From a virus (Duplodnaviria; Caudoviricetes), in IMG/VR virus record IMGVR_UViG_3300023110_001238, positions 1 through 52,352 of that record: a stretch of DNA of 52,352 nt, one strand, 5' to 3'. Both the position numbers and the translations under genes were made by a program. Numbering within the stretch: the first letter of the stretch is position 1; every line of letters begins with the position of its first letter. Positions 10,986 to 20,940 of the stretch are shown in pieces. Below the pieces are notes generated by a model. The model had not been told where the DNA came from. It was given only the letters and a program-made list of their open reading frames with translations, and did not search any database.

Positions 10986-11731
10986 AACAATTAAACGAAT
11001 TTAGGGACATCGAAGAACTTTTATCTGAACAAGAAATAGATATCAAAAAATTTGATATTCTTGTCAGAGCTGGGTTAGCAGATAAAACAAAGATTCAAAG
11101 ACTTCATCGTATTTTAGATAAGATGAAAGAAGAGCGTCCTGTGTTTAATCCAACAGAAAGACGATTGTTACAAGATTTGTTTAATAAAATGGTTGGTCTT
11201 TTAACGGACAATCCACAATTATTCCAAAGAACACGCCGTGCGGTAAGAGAAGAATCGGAAGATATTACAACTGAACCCATTATTGAAGACAGGAAAGAAA
11301 AAACAGGACCAAATGACCCACCATTTGTTTTAATTTTAAAAAGAAAATCTTTTAGACCTTATCCAAACGGTATGAAAGTAGCATTATATCACAGCGCTAA
11401 ACTTGATAGATACTTTACTGTTCCTTATAGTGCAAAAGGATTTGAAACTCCTATTCAAGCTGAAAGCACAAATGACATAAATAGTGAAGTAGTTCAGGAA
11501 AGCGTAATGGACCAATTACATTCTATCGTTGCAAACAAGCAAGCGAAGAGTGTAAAGTTTGGTAATGGTCAAACTAGAAAAGTGGATCATTATACAGCTT
11601 CAGCTATGACAAATGTTCATAAGGCTCTTAAACCTGAAAACGCTAAAAAATATGCTGACCTTGTTCATAAAAGTCCAGAACACTTTATGAAAGGTTCAGA
11701 TTTTGCATTTAAGGCTCATAGTAAAAAATGA
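10982..11731 (+). CDS. Hypothetical head-module protein
   Basis: 249 aa ORF in prohead cluster, ATGA overlap, phage-like codon usage. Confidence 0.6.
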   Translation: MKQLNEFRDIEELLSEQEIDIKKFDILVRAGLADKTKIQRLHRILDKMKEERPVFNPTERRLLQDLFNKMVGLLTDNPQLFQRTRRAVREESEDITTEPIIEDRKEKTGPNDPPFVLILKRKSFRPYPNGMKVALYHSAKLDRYFTVPYSAKGFETPIQAESTNDINSEVVQESVMDQLHSIVANKQAKSVKFGNGQTRKVDHYTASAMTNVHKALKPENAKKYADLVHKSPEHFMKGSDFAFKAHSKK

Positions 11732-12162
11732 GCATAATTGATTCTTTAATAGAGAATAAGTTAGACGAAGTAAAAGAAAAGATTAGAGCTCGTCTAAATG
11801 AGCTGACTGCAAAATACATTGAAGAAGCTAAAAAATATATTGCGGCTGATTCATTTGATTTAGAAGAAGCTTATAAACGCAACCCTAACATTATTCGTAT
11901 GGGTCGTGTTAAAAAGATTCGTAGAAGAATACGAAGAAATGCAAAAGGTAGAATCACTGTTCAAAAAAACAGAAGGCGTTCTGCCATTAAAGGGTATCGT
12001 ATTTCGGGTAATACTGTAAGACGGATACCGGCTACAACAAGATTAAGAAAGGCTCGTTTATTAAAACGGTCTTGGAAAACAACAAGAAGAGCGAAACTAC
12101 GCCGTTCTCTAATTAAAAGAAGAATGTCGATGCGTAGAAGAAGTTCATTAGGATTAAAGTAA
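11728..12162 (+). CDS. Basic prohead core protein (gp68-like)
   Basis: Arg/Lys-rich C-terminal half; position upstream of gp21. Confidence 0.6.
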   Translation: MSIIDSLIENKLDEVKEKIRARLNELTAKYIEEAKKYIAADSFDLEEAYKRNPNIIRMGRVKKIRRRIRRNAKGRITVQKNRRRSAIKGYRISGNTVRRIPATTRLRKARLLKRSWKTTRRAKLRRSLIKRRMSMRRRSSLGLK

Positions 12163-12163
12163 A

Positions 12164-12385
12164 ATGGCATGGGTTACGGTTCCAGGTTCTGATGGTGTTT
12201 GGGAGTATGAAAATACTGCTACATCATCTGACACATATCCTGATGCTAACGGTACATATTCGGGCGGAGTAAGAAGTTTCACAAGACCGAATGGCGTAAC
12301 AGAAGAGATTTATGCTAGATGTAGGAAAGCCGGCGAAACAATTGAGCGTGGCGAACTTTCTAAAACCTACTATGATGCACAATAG
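12164..12385 (+). CDS. Hypothetical protein
   Basis: 73 aa ORF tightly packed between core gene and gp21. Confidence 0.55.
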   Translation: MAWVTVPGSDGVWEYENTATSSDTYPDANGTYSGGVRSFTRPNGVTEEIYARCRKAGETIERGELSKTYYDAQ

Positions 12386-12402
12386 ATTTAAGGGAAAGAA
12401 AC

Positions 12403-13050
12403 ATGAAACTCATAACAGAAACTATTGAAAATGTAAAAGTTCTTACCGAAGAAAAAAACGGTAAGAAAAAACTATACATTGAAGGTACATTTTTGGTTGG
12501 CGATACAGTTAATCGTAACAACAGAATGTATAAAATGGATACTCTCAGAAATGAGGTTGATAGATATAACGAAGAGTATATTAAAACGAATCGTGCTCTT
12601 GGTGAGTTAGGTCATCCTGATACACCAACAATCAACCTTGAAAGAGTTTCCCATAAAATTGTTTCTTTGAGTGAAGATGGAAATACATTTTATGGTAAAG
12701 CTCAAATTTTAGAAACACCTTATGGTGATATCGTTAAGAATTTTTTAGAAAACGATGTTAGCATTGGAGTTTCTTCAAGAGCTTTAGGTTCGGTCGTTCA
12801 AACAAAAGAAGGTTATAATTTGGTGCAAGACGATTTAAAACTTGCTACGGCGGCTGATATTGTTGCGGATCCGTCCGCACCTGGTGCTTTCGTTAATGGC
12901 ATCATGGAAAATAAAGAATGGATGTTCGTTAAAGGGTCTTGGGTAGAACAAGACTTTGACCATGCCAAGAAAGCAATCAGAAAAGCATCAGCCAGAGAAA
13001 TCGAAGCGGTTGCTTTGAAATTATTTGAAAATTATATTCGAAAACTTTAA
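12403..13050 (+). CDS. gp21: Prohead core protease gp21
   Basis: MKLITE, ALGELGHP, GVSSRALGS, ADIVADPSAPGA. Confidence 0.95.
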   Translation: MKLITETIENVKVLTEEKNGKKKLYIEGTFLVGDTVNRNNRMYKMDTLRNEVDRYNEEYIKTNRALGELGHPDTPTINLERVSHKIVSLSEDGNTFYGKAQILETPYGDIVKNFLENDVSIGVSSRALGSVVQTKEGYNLVQDDLKLATAADIVADPSAPGAFVNGIMENKEWMFVKGSWVEQDFDHAKKAIRKASAREIEAVALKLFENYIRKL

Positions 13051-13053
13051 TTT

Positions 13054-13061
13054 TATAAATA
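13054..13061 (+). promoter_or_regulatory. T4-like late promoter (TATAAATA)
   Basis: Exact consensus upstream of gp22-gp23. Confidence 0.7.
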
Positions 13062-13087
13062 TAAGATAAAACATAAGGAGAATCCTA

Positions 13088-14185
13088 ATGGCAACAAATA
13101 AACTTATGGAAGCCGCTGCTGATATTCTTGCAACTAGCAAGTCTAACGCACCAGCTATGCCTCCACAAAAGTTACCAGGTGAGGTTCAAGATTTAGGTGG
13201 TCCAACCAATACTAATTCTAAACCACTTGATGATTCAAATAAATTGAAGCTTCAAACACCTGATAATTCAGCAAAGAACAAAGCGTCTATTGCTGCTAAG
13301 CCATCTGCTGCTTCCGCTAAAATGGAAGATGCAGAAGTTGAAGCACAAGAAGACGAATTCATCGAAGAAGAAAACTTAGAAGAAACACAAGAAGTTGAAG
13401 CTAATTCTGTTGATGAAGAAGAAACAGAAGAAGAAATCAAAGAAGCTTGGAAGAAAAAAATGAAAGAAGACATCGACAATATGTTTGCTGACGATGAAAC
13501 TATTTCAGAAGAATTCAAATCTAAAGCTACTACAATCTTCGAAACTCGTGTTCATGACCGTGTAACTCAAATCCAAGAACAAATGGAGGCTGAATATGCT
13601 GGTCAATTAGAAGAAGCTATCGATACAATTAAGAATGACCTAACTCAAAAAGTTGATGATTACCTTTCATATGTTGTTGAACAATGGATGGAAGATAATG
13701 AAATTGCTATTGAATCAGGTTTGCGTTCTGAATTAACAGAAGAGTTTATCGCAGGTATGAGAACATTGTTCACTGAACATTATATTGATGTTCCTGCCGA
13801 AAAAGTTGATTTGGTTGATGAGTTAGCTACTAAAGTTGAAGAACTTGAAAGCAAACTCAACGAAGAAATCGAGCGTGGTGTTGAATACAAAAAAGAACTT
13901 GTTGAATCACGCAAAAATGAAATTACTCGTGTTGTAACAGACGGTCTTACAGAAACTCAAGTTGAAAAAATTAAATCACTTGCAGAAAGTGTTGAATTCT
14001 CCACAGAGGACGAATACAAATCCAAACTTGAAACAATCCGTGAGAACTATTTCCCATCAGGTGTTAAAAAAGCTGATGAAGAACAACTTCACGAAAATGT
14101 AGAAGATGAGACAACAGAAGACAAGAAGATTTCTGATCCTTTTGTAGCTGCTGTTTCTCAAGCAATTAGTAAAACAAAGAAATAA
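13088..14185 (+). CDS. gp22: Prohead scaffold protein gp22
   Basis: Acidic coiled coil, KVDDYLSYVVEQWMEDN..AIESGLR, between gp21 and gp23. Confidence 0.92.
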   Translation: MATNKLMEAAADILATSKSNAPAMPPQKLPGEVQDLGGPTNTNSKPLDDSNKLKLQTPDNSAKNKASIAAKPSAASAKMEDAEVEAQEDEFIEEENLEETQEVEANSVDEEETEEEIKEAWKKKMKEDIDNMFADDETISEEFKSKATTIFETRVHDRVTQIQEQMEAEYAGQLEEAIDTIKNDLTQKVDDYLSYVVEQWMEDNEIAIESGLRSELTEEFIAGMRTLFTEHYIDVPAEKVDLVDELATKVEELESKLNEEIERGVEYKKELVESRKNEITRVVTDGLTETQVEKIKSLAESVEFSTEDEYKSKLETIRENYFPSGVKKADEEQLHENVEDETTEDKKISDPFVAAVSQAISKTKK

Positions 14186-14199
14186 TTTAGGAGAACAAT

Positions 14200-15546
14200 A
14201 TGTATTTGTCCGAACAATTACAAACTAAATGGGCAGGCGTGCTAGACCATCCTGATTTAGCCCCTATTCAAGACCCATATAAAAAGGCTGTTACAGCTGT
14301 TGTTCTTGAAAACCAAGCTTTAGAAATGAGCAAATCTAACGAAGTGCTTTCTGAAGCTGTACCAACTAACGCAGCTTCGGCTGGTTTAGGTTCAGGTGGT
14401 GCTGCTGGTTTTTCAGGTTCTGCTGCTGCTACAGGTCCAGTTGCTGGTTTTGATCCGATTCTAATTTCATTAGTTCGCCGTTCATTACCAAACTTAATCG
14501 CATACGATGTTGCTGGTGTTCAACCAATGACAGGTCCTACAGGCCTTATTTTTGCTATGCGTTCATTATACGAAGGTCAATCAGGTCCTGAAGCTTTCTA
14601 TAACGAAGCTAATACAGGTCATTCTGGTTTAGGTACTGCACAATCAGACATCGCTGTTGGTGCTGCTGCTGCTAACACCTTTGTAGGTAACGCAGCTGCT
14701 GTTGGTGCTATGTCAACCGCTAAAGCAGAAGCTTTAGGTGACAGTTCTAACACATTCCAAGAAATGGCATTCTCAATTGAGAAAGTAACTGTTACTGCTA
14801 AAACTCGTGCATTAAAAGCAGAATACTCAATTGAATTAGCACAAGACCTTAAAGCTGTTCATGGTCTTGACGCTGAAACAGAATTAGCAAATATTCTTTC
14901 AACAGAAATTCTTGCTGAAATCAACCGTGAAGTTGTTAGAACAATCTACTCTGTTGCTAAAACAGGTTGTCAGACTGGTACAACAGCTGGTGGTCAGTTC
15001 GATTTAGATACTGATTCAAACGGTCGCTGGATGGTTGAAAAAATTAAAGGTCTTGCTTTCCAACTCGAAAGAGAAGCAAATGCGATTGCAAAATTAACTC
15101 GTAGAGGAAAAGGTAACATCGTTATCTGTTCATCAGATGTTGCTTCTGCTCTTGCAATGGCAGGTCTTTTAGACTACAACCCAGCACTACAAGCACAAAC
15201 TAACTTAACAGTTGATGATACAGGCAATACATTTGCAGGTACATTATTTGGTCGCATTAAAGTGTATGTTGATCCATACGCTCCAGTAAATGCTTCTAAA
15301 GAATTTGCTGTTGTTGGTTATAAAGGTTCTAACGCTTATGACGCTGGTCTGTTCTACTGCCCATATGTTCCATTACAAATGGTTCGTGCAGTTGATACAG
15401 GTACTTTCCAACCAAAAATTGGCTTCAAAACCCGTTACGGTTTAGTTGCTAACCCATTTGCAGAAGGTACTAACCAAGGCGAAGGCGCATTAAATGTGTT
15501 ATCTAACAACTACTATCGTGCATTTAAAGTTGCTAACTTAATGTAA
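14200..15546 (+). CDS. gp23: Major capsid protein gp23
   Basis: GVQPMTGPTGLIFAMR, ELAQDLKAVHGLDAETELANILSTEI, FQPKIGFKTRYG. Confidence 0.97.
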   Translation: MYLSEQLQTKWAGVLDHPDLAPIQDPYKKAVTAVVLENQALEMSKSNEVLSEAVPTNAASAGLGSGGAAGFSGSAAATGPVAGFDPILISLVRRSLPNLIAYDVAGVQPMTGPTGLIFAMRSLYEGQSGPEAFYNEANTGHSGLGTAQSDIAVGAAAANTFVGNAAAVGAMSTAKAEALGDSSNTFQEMAFSIEKVTVTAKTRALKAEYSIELAQDLKAVHGLDAETELANILSTEILAEINREVVRTIYSVAKTGCQTGTTAGGQFDLDTDSNGRWMVEKIKGLAFQLEREANAIAKLTRRGKGNIVICSSDVASALAMAGLLDYNPALQAQTNLTVDDTGNTFAGTLFGRIKVYVDPYAPVNASKEFAVVGYKGSNAYDAGLFYCPYVPLQMVRAVDTGTFQPKIGFKTRYGLVANPFAEGTNQGEGALNVLSNNYYRAFKVANLM

Positions 15547-15571
15547 TATAGTTTGTTAGTCTAACTAACTT

Positions 15572-15601
15572 AAAGAGAGGCACTTCGGTGCCTCTTTTTT
15601 T
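15572..15601 (+). terminator. Rho-independent terminator after gp23
   Basis: GAGAGGCAC-TTCG-GTGCCTCTT hairpin with cUUCGg loop plus T-run. Confidence 0.88.
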
Positions 15602-15653
15602 ATCTACGGCTTATAGTAGCATAAATACACCATAACATTTATGGAAATAATAC

Positions 15654-16193
15654 ATGGCAGTTACAGATAGAAATCCGAGTAATCCTAATTTTTTACAACC
15701 CAATAAGTATATACTGAATTTTGGTAGATTGCCAAACATTCAATACTTTTGTCAATCTGTTTCCGTTCCAGGCATTTCTATGTCAGAAACTCCACAATTT
15801 ACACCGTTTGTAGATTTGTTTGCGCCTGGTGATAAAGCCATTTACGATTTATTGAATGTTACTTTTTTGATTGATGAAAGAATGGAATCTTGGATAGAAG
15901 TGCATGATTGGATTCGTGGCATGACCTTTCCAGAGGACTTTGATGATTACAAAGATTTAAGAAGATTAAACAAACAAGCTACTAGAGTAGCAACAAAAAG
16001 ACCTCAATATAGTGATGCAACATTAACATTATTATCTTCTTCAAACCAACCTTATATTCGTATGAAATTTTACGAATGTTTTCCAACTACGCTATCAACC
16101 TTTATAATGTCTTCAAGTGATAATCCTGATACGCTCTTAACAGCAGACGCCACTTTTCGGTATAGTTACTACGATATCGAAAAAACTTGGTAA
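15654..16193 (+). CDS. gp3: Tail tube terminator / completion protein gp3
   Basis: NPNFLQPNKY, YFCQSV.VPG, YSDATLTLLSS; late promoter CATAAATA at 15620-15627. Confidence 0.85.
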   Translation: MAVTDRNPSNPNFLQPNKYILNFGRLPNIQYFCQSVSVPGISMSETPQFTPFVDLFAPGDKAIYDLLNVTFLIDERMESWIEVHDWIRGMTFPEDFDDYKDLRRLNKQATRVATKRPQYSDATLTLLSSSNQPYIRMKFYECFPTTLSTFIMSSSDNPDTLLTADATFRYSYYDIEKTW

Positions 16194-16199
16194 AAACGC

Positions 16200-16228
16200 T
16201 TGACATTTGATTGCCAATTGGTTATACT
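16200..16228 (+). promoter_or_regulatory. sigma70-type promoter for uvsY-uvsW
   Basis: TTGACA-17 nt-TATACT. Confidence 0.75.
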
Positions 16229-16251
16229 CCACTATTGGAGGATTATAAATT

Positions 16252-16686
16252 ATGAAACAATTAGAAGAACTACTAGAAATGTGGAGAAAAGATTCCGAAC
16301 TGGACAGAACTGAACCAGGTAAAGAACTAACAAAGATACCACAATTACACAGTAAGTATTTGAATATACTTTCTCGCCATCGTTTATTGTCTAAAGAATC
16401 TGAATTTAAATTAAATAAAATCAGACGACTTAAATGGGAATATTATACAGGCAAACTCGATGATGATGAGTTGAAGAAGTATGGTTGGGAACCATTTCCT
16501 TATGTTCTCAAAGCCGAACTCAACACATATTTAGAAAGTGATGAAGATATTAACAAACACAAAGCTGCTAAAACCTTACATGATGAAATTGTTACCGTGT
16601 GTGAAGCTATTCTTAAAGAATTAAACAACCGAACATGGGAACTTAGGTCATTTATTGATTGGGAGAAATTCATTCAAGGTGTATAA
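16252..16686 (+). CDS. uvsY: Recombination mediator UvsY
   Basis: IPQLHSKYL, KWEYYTGK, synteny gp3-uvsY-uvsW. Confidence 0.88.
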   Translation: MKQLEELLEMWRKDSELDRTEPGKELTKIPQLHSKYLNILSRHRLLSKESEFKLNKIRRLKWEYYTGKLDDDELKKYGWEPFPYVLKAELNTYLESDEDINKHKAAKTLHDEIVTVCEAILKELNNRTWELRSFIDWEKFIQGV

Positions 16687-18152
16687 TGGCTGATATCATT
16701 CTACATAAACAAAACGAATCTTATATTCAGTTAGAATGTGAAAGGCATTTTGCTCAAGAGATGTCCGAGTATTTTACATTCTTTGTGCCTGGTTATCAAT
16801 TCACACCGGCATATAAGATGCGAGCTTGGGATGGAAAGATAAGGCTTTTAGATTTGAGAAACTTTACCATATATCATGGTCTTGTAGCTTATATACAAAA
16901 GTTTTGTGAAGAAAGAAATTATAAGCTTGAAATAGATAAAGAAGTTAGTTCAACAGAGAGCTTTTCGGTACATGAAGCTAAAGAATTTATTGAATCTTTA
17001 AATTTACCTTACAAGGTCCGTGACTACCAACTCAAGTCTTTTATCACAGGAATTCGCAATAAAAGGGTTCTCCTACTGTCTCCAACTGCATCTGGTAAGT
17101 CCTTAATACTATACCTGATAGTGAGATATCTCCAAAGCTCTGATTATAAGAAAGGACTAATGATTGTGCCAACAACCTCATTAGTCGAACAAATGTTTAG
17201 TGATTTTAAATCGTATGGTTATGATTCAGACAAATACTGCCATAGACAATATTCAGGTAAAGAAAAACACACAAACAGTTTTATCACTATTACAACCTGG
17301 CAATCTGTTTATAAAAATCCTCCAGAATATTTTGAACAGTTTGATTTTGTTTTAGGTGACGAAGCTCACCAATTTAAAGCTAAGTCTTTAACAACAATTA
17401 TGTCAGGTTGTTCTAGTGCTAAATATAGGATAGGAACAACAGGCACTTTAGACGGTACACAAACACATCGCTTAGTATTAGAAGGTTTATTTGGTCCTGT
17501 TTATCGTGCAACAACTACATCTGAACTTATTGAACAAAAACATTTGGCGGATTTTAAAATCAAATGTTTAGTGTTGAAATATCCAGAATCGGTTTGCAAA
17601 CAAGCGAAAGAATGGGATTATAATACTGAAATAGATTATATTGTTCAAAACAAAGCACGAAACGAATTTATAAGAAACTTAGCCTTATCATTAAATGGAA
17701 ACTCTCTTATACTTTTTCAGTTTGTTGAAAAACATGGAAAAGATTTATATGAGGTCATTAAAGAAAAGGCGAAAAAAAGAAAAACATTTTTTGTTTTTGG
17801 TGGAACCGATACAGAATCTCGTGAAGCTGTTCGGTCAATTACTGAAAGAGAAAAAGATGCTATTATCGTAGCATCATATGGTACTTTTTCTACGGGTATA
17901 AATATAAGGAACTTACATAATATTATCTTTGCCTCGCCGAGTAAGTCTCGTATTCGTAATCTTCAATCTATCGGTCGAGGTTTAAGAGTAGGAGATAATA
18001 AAGAAGTAGCGACTTTGTTTGATATCGCTGATGATTTTAGAGTTGGTAAATTTACCAATTATACACTAAAACATTTTATTGAAAGAATGAAAATATATGA
18101 TGAAGAGAAGTTCAAATACAAGTTCTACAATATCGAACTCAAGAATGGCTGA
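16686..18152 (+). CDS. uvsW: SF2 DNA helicase UvsW
   Basis: Start MADIIL; WDGKIRL, SPTASGKS, GDEAH, QSIGRGLR. Confidence 0.94.
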   Translation: MADIILHKQNESYIQLECERHFAQEMSEYFTFFVPGYQFTPAYKMRAWDGKIRLLDLRNFTIYHGLVAYIQKFCEERNYKLEIDKEVSSTESFSVHEAKEFIESLNLPYKVRDYQLKSFITGIRNKRVLLLSPTASGKSLILYLIVRYLQSSDYKKGLMIVPTTSLVEQMFSDFKSYGYDSDKYCHRQYSGKEKHTNSFITITTWQSVYKNPPEYFEQFDFVLGDEAHQFKAKSLTTIMSGCSSAKYRIGTTGTLDGTQTHRLVLEGLFGPVYRATTTSELIEQKHLADFKIKCLVLKYPESVCKQAKEWDYNTEIDYIVQNKARNEFIRNLALSLNGNSLILFQFVEKHGKDLYEVIKEKAKKRKTFFVFGGTDTESREAVRSITEREKDAIIVASYGTFSTGINIRNLHNIIFASPSKSRIRNLQSIGRGLRVGDNKEVATLFDIADDFRVGKFTNYTLKHFIERMKIYDEEKFKYKFYNIELKNG

Positions 18153-18588
18153 AACACTTAATATAAAAGTTGTTAGACTTCAATCTGGTGAAGATGTTAT
18201 CGCTGATGTTATAGCAGATAAAGAAAACACCATTTTAAATAATCCTATGGTTGTTTTGCTTAGACGGTCAGGTAAAGGATCGGTAATGATGATGGTACCA
18301 TGGTTGCCAGTTGAGATTATATCTGATAATATAGCTACATTAAATAATTCAGAAATAGTTACATATACAAATCCAAAAGACAGTCTTATTGAATATTATT
18401 TAAATATGGTTCATGAAGTTTCAAAAGAAATTAAATATAGTGATGAGATGATAAAAAAAGAAAACAAATCATATAAAGACAGTTTAGAATCTTCTGTTTA
18501 TGTTGATGAATATGATGATGACATGACAACAATGGATGAATTACTTGATAAATTTAATATAGCAAAGGATAAAGGTCAAATACATTAA
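18145..18588 (+). CDS. Conserved T4-like hypothetical protein
   Basis: Start MAETLNIKVVRLQSGEDVIA; typical gene between uvsW and gp55 in marine T4-likes. Confidence 0.65.
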   Translation: MAETLNIKVVRLQSGEDVIADVIADKENTILNNPMVVLLRRSGKGSVMMMVPWLPVEIISDNIATLNNSEIVTYTNPKDSLIEYYLNMVHEVSKEIKYSDEMIKKENKSYKDSLESSVYVDEYDDDMTTMDELLDKFNIAKDKGQIH

Positions 18589-18590
18589 CC

Positions 18591-18974
18591 ATGGAATATA
18601 ATATTGATAATTTGAGAATTGTAACCAATTTAATATTAAAAAATTTAACACCCGATTTATTACCTAAAAAATGGGTAGAACGCAACAGTACCAACCCAAT
18701 GTTTGGTCACTGCCATACAGCATCTGCCTGTTTACAAAAAATATTTGGAACACAAGAATTAAAACTACATCGTGCTTTAGATGATGAGGGCATTTGGCAC
18801 TGGTGGTGTGTTGACAATCAGAATCGTATTATTGATTTAACATCTGACCAATACACCTCTCAAAACAGGCATCCTCCTTGGAATAAAGGACAGAAAGCAT
18901 CAATGTTAGGTTTTGATTATAGAAAAAGAGTATTAACCCTCCTTGGAAGGATCCAGCCTCATCTGGCGACATAA
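18591..18974 (+). CDS. Hypothetical protein
   Basis: 127 aa; GHC...HWW...IIDLTSDQY pattern (possible Cys-His-Asp set, unverified). Confidence 0.55.
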   Translation: MEYNIDNLRIVTNLILKNLTPDLLPKKWVERNSTNPMFGHCHTASACLQKIFGTQELKLHRALDDEGIWHWWCVDNQNRIIDLTSDQYTSQNRHPPWNKGQKASMLGFDYRKRVLTLLGRIQPHLAT

Positions 18975-18976
18975 GG

Positions 18977-19005
18977 ATTATAATGACAAAAAACAAATTT
19001 GTCAA
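18977..19005 (-). promoter_or_regulatory. Perfect-consensus sigma70 promoter on minus strand
   Basis: Reverse complement reads TTGACA (19005-19000)-17 nt-TATAAT (18982-18977). Confidence 0.65.
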
Positions 19006-19040
19006 GGCCTAAACCAGGCAAACATGAAAGAAGGTATATT

Positions 19041-19571
19041 ATGGCAAAAGAAAAACACTATGTTAATAATGGGGATTTTTTAAAAGCATTAATTGAATAT
19101 AAAAGTAAATGTGAAGAAGCTGATAAAAAGAATAAGCCTCAACCACAAATACCTAATTATGTCGGTGAATGTTTTCTAAAAATTGCAGAACACTTATCAC
19201 GCAAACCAAACTTTGCATCATATTCATTTAGAGATGAAATGATTGCTGATGGTATTGAAAACTGTATGATGTATTTCCGTAATTTTAATCCAGATAAATC
19301 TAAAAATCCATTTGCTTACTTCACACAAATTATTTACTATGCTTTTCTTCGTAGAATCACACGAGAGAAAAAACAGTTATATGTGAAGTATAAAGCTACA
19401 GAACAAATTGGTATTTTAGATGAATTTGAATTACTTGAAGATGCTGATGGCAACACAAGACAGTTTGAATTGTATGATAATATTTCCGAGTTTATTCAAA
19501 ACTTTGAAGAGACAAAGAAAAAGAAAAAAGAAGCAAAGGTAAAAGGAGTTGATAAGTTTGTTGGTGAATAA
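19041..19571 (+). CDS. gp55: Late transcription sigma factor gp55
   Basis: HYVNN, YSFRDEMIADGIENC, NPFAYFTQIIYYAFLRRI.REKKQ. Confidence 0.95.
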   Translation: MAKEKHYVNNGDFLKALIEYKSKCEEADKKNKPQPQIPNYVGECFLKIAEHLSRKPNFASYSFRDEMIADGIENCMMYFRNFNPDKSKNPFAYFTQIIYYAFLRRITREKKQLYVKYKATEQIGILDEFELLEDADGNTRQFELYDNISEFIQNFEETKKKKKEAKVKGVDKFVGE

Positions 19572-19704
19572 AAAATTGCCTCTCTTATTATTGTTTTGTG
19601 TTATGATTAGTTCATGTGCAGGATTTTTTAACAAGTGTGATACTAAAGATCCAAACTATTCAACAAAATGTAATGATATACCCGTTTATAAAGGAGAATT
19701 TTAG
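19564..19704 (+). CDS. Small putative lipoprotein, 46 aa (not in ORF track)
   Basis: GTG start overlapping gp55 stop; MNKKLPLLLLFCVMISSC = basic N-terminus, hydrophobic core, lipobox ISSC. Confidence 0.55.
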   Translation: MNKKLPLLLLFCVMISSCAGFFNKCDTKDPNYSTKCNDIPVYKGEF

Positions 19705-19868
19705 TGATAGCAGACCATCTCGAATCTTTAAAAACAAAACACCGTGAATTAGATGAACAGATTAAAAAAGGATATACAAACTACCTATCAGATACAAGCT
19801 TAACTAAAATGAAATTACAAAAACTTCAACTTAAAGACCAAATAGAAAAACTAACAAAACAATTATAA
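19704..19868 (+). CDS. YdcH/DUF465-like coiled-coil protein, 54 aa (not in ORF track)
   Basis: AAGGAG RBS then GTG; MIADHLESLKTKHRELDEQI...KLQKLQLKDQI matches H..LD..I / K..KL.LKD.I pattern. Confidence 0.7.
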   Translation: MIADHLESLKTKHRELDEQIKKGYTNYLSDTSLTKMKLQKLQLKDQIEKLTKQL

Positions 19869-19869
19869 T

Positions 19870-20940
19870 ATGAAATTATGTATTCTTGGTGATACGCATT
19901 TCGGTATGCGTGGTGATAGTATTATCTTCCATAACTATATAAGAAAATTCTATGAGAACATTCTTTTCCCATATCTTAAAGAAAACAACATTACTCAAAT
20001 ATTTCAAATGGGTGATTTGTTTGATAGGCGGAAGTTTATTAACTTTAATAGCCTTTACCAGTGTCGCAATTATTTTTTTGACGAAGTAGAAAAAAACAAT
20101 ATCAAGTTTTACTCAATGTTGGGTAACCATGATATTACCTATCGCAATACACTCAAAGTTAATTCTTCTCAACTATTACTTAATGAATATAAAGATTTTA
20201 CTATCTATGATAAATTTACAACCGTAGATTTTGATGGCGTTTCTGTTGATGTTGTTCCTTGGTTGTGTGATGAAAACGAAGAAGAAATATTAGAAAAGAT
20301 TAAAAACAGCCGGTCACAAATTTGTTTTGGTCATTTTGAGATACAAGGTTTTGAAATGGACAAAGGCAATGTTTCATATACAGGTATTGACAAAACTGTT
20401 TTAAACAAGTATGATATCGTCTTAACTGGCCATTTTCATCATAAGTCTGATGATGGCCATGTTTTTTATGTTGGCACTCCAACACAAATGACATGGGCTG
20501 ATTATAAAGACCAAAGAGGTTTTCATATTTTTGATACCGAAACAAGAGAACTTGAATTTATAAAAAATCCTTATGAGATATTTCATAAAATAAATTATGA
20601 TGATAATGGAAAATCATTAGAAGACTTTCAAAAGATAGATTTTGAACAATACAAAGACAACTATGTGAAAGTGGTTGTATTGAATAAACAAAATCCATTT
20701 TTATTTGATTATCTAACTGATAATTTATATAAGATAGGTGCAGCTGATGTTGCAATTGTTGAAGATTATAATGACGATATAATTGCTGATGATAATGATA
20801 TTGTAAATCAAGCAGAAGATACAATGACTATATTATCCAAATATATTGATGGACTAACTCTCAATGTTGAGCCTGAAAAGTTAAAAACATTAATGCGAGA
20901 GTTATATGTTGAAGCATTACATACGGAAGAAACTGATTGA
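19870..20940 (+). CDS. gp47: Recombination endonuclease gp47 (Mre11/SbcD-like)
   Basis: GDTHFG, GDLFDRRK, GNHD, GHFH metallophosphoesterase motifs. Confidence 0.94.
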   Translation: MKLCILGDTHFGMRGDSIIFHNYIRKFYENILFPYLKENNITQIFQMGDLFDRRKFINFNSLYQCRNYFFDEVEKNNIKFYSMLGNHDITYRNTLKVNSSQLLLNEYKDFTIYDKFTTVDFDGVSVDVVPWLCDENEEEILEKIKNSRSQICFGHFEIQGFEMDKGNVSYTGIDKTVLNKYDIVLTGHFHHKSDDGHVFYVGTPTQMTWADYKDQRGFHIFDTETRELEFIKNPYEIFHKINYDDNGKSLEDFQKIDFEQYKDNYVKVVVLNKQNPFLFDYLTDNLYKIGAADVAIVEDYNDDIIADDNDIVNQAEDTMTILSKYIDGLTLNVEPEKLKTLMRELYVEALHTEETD

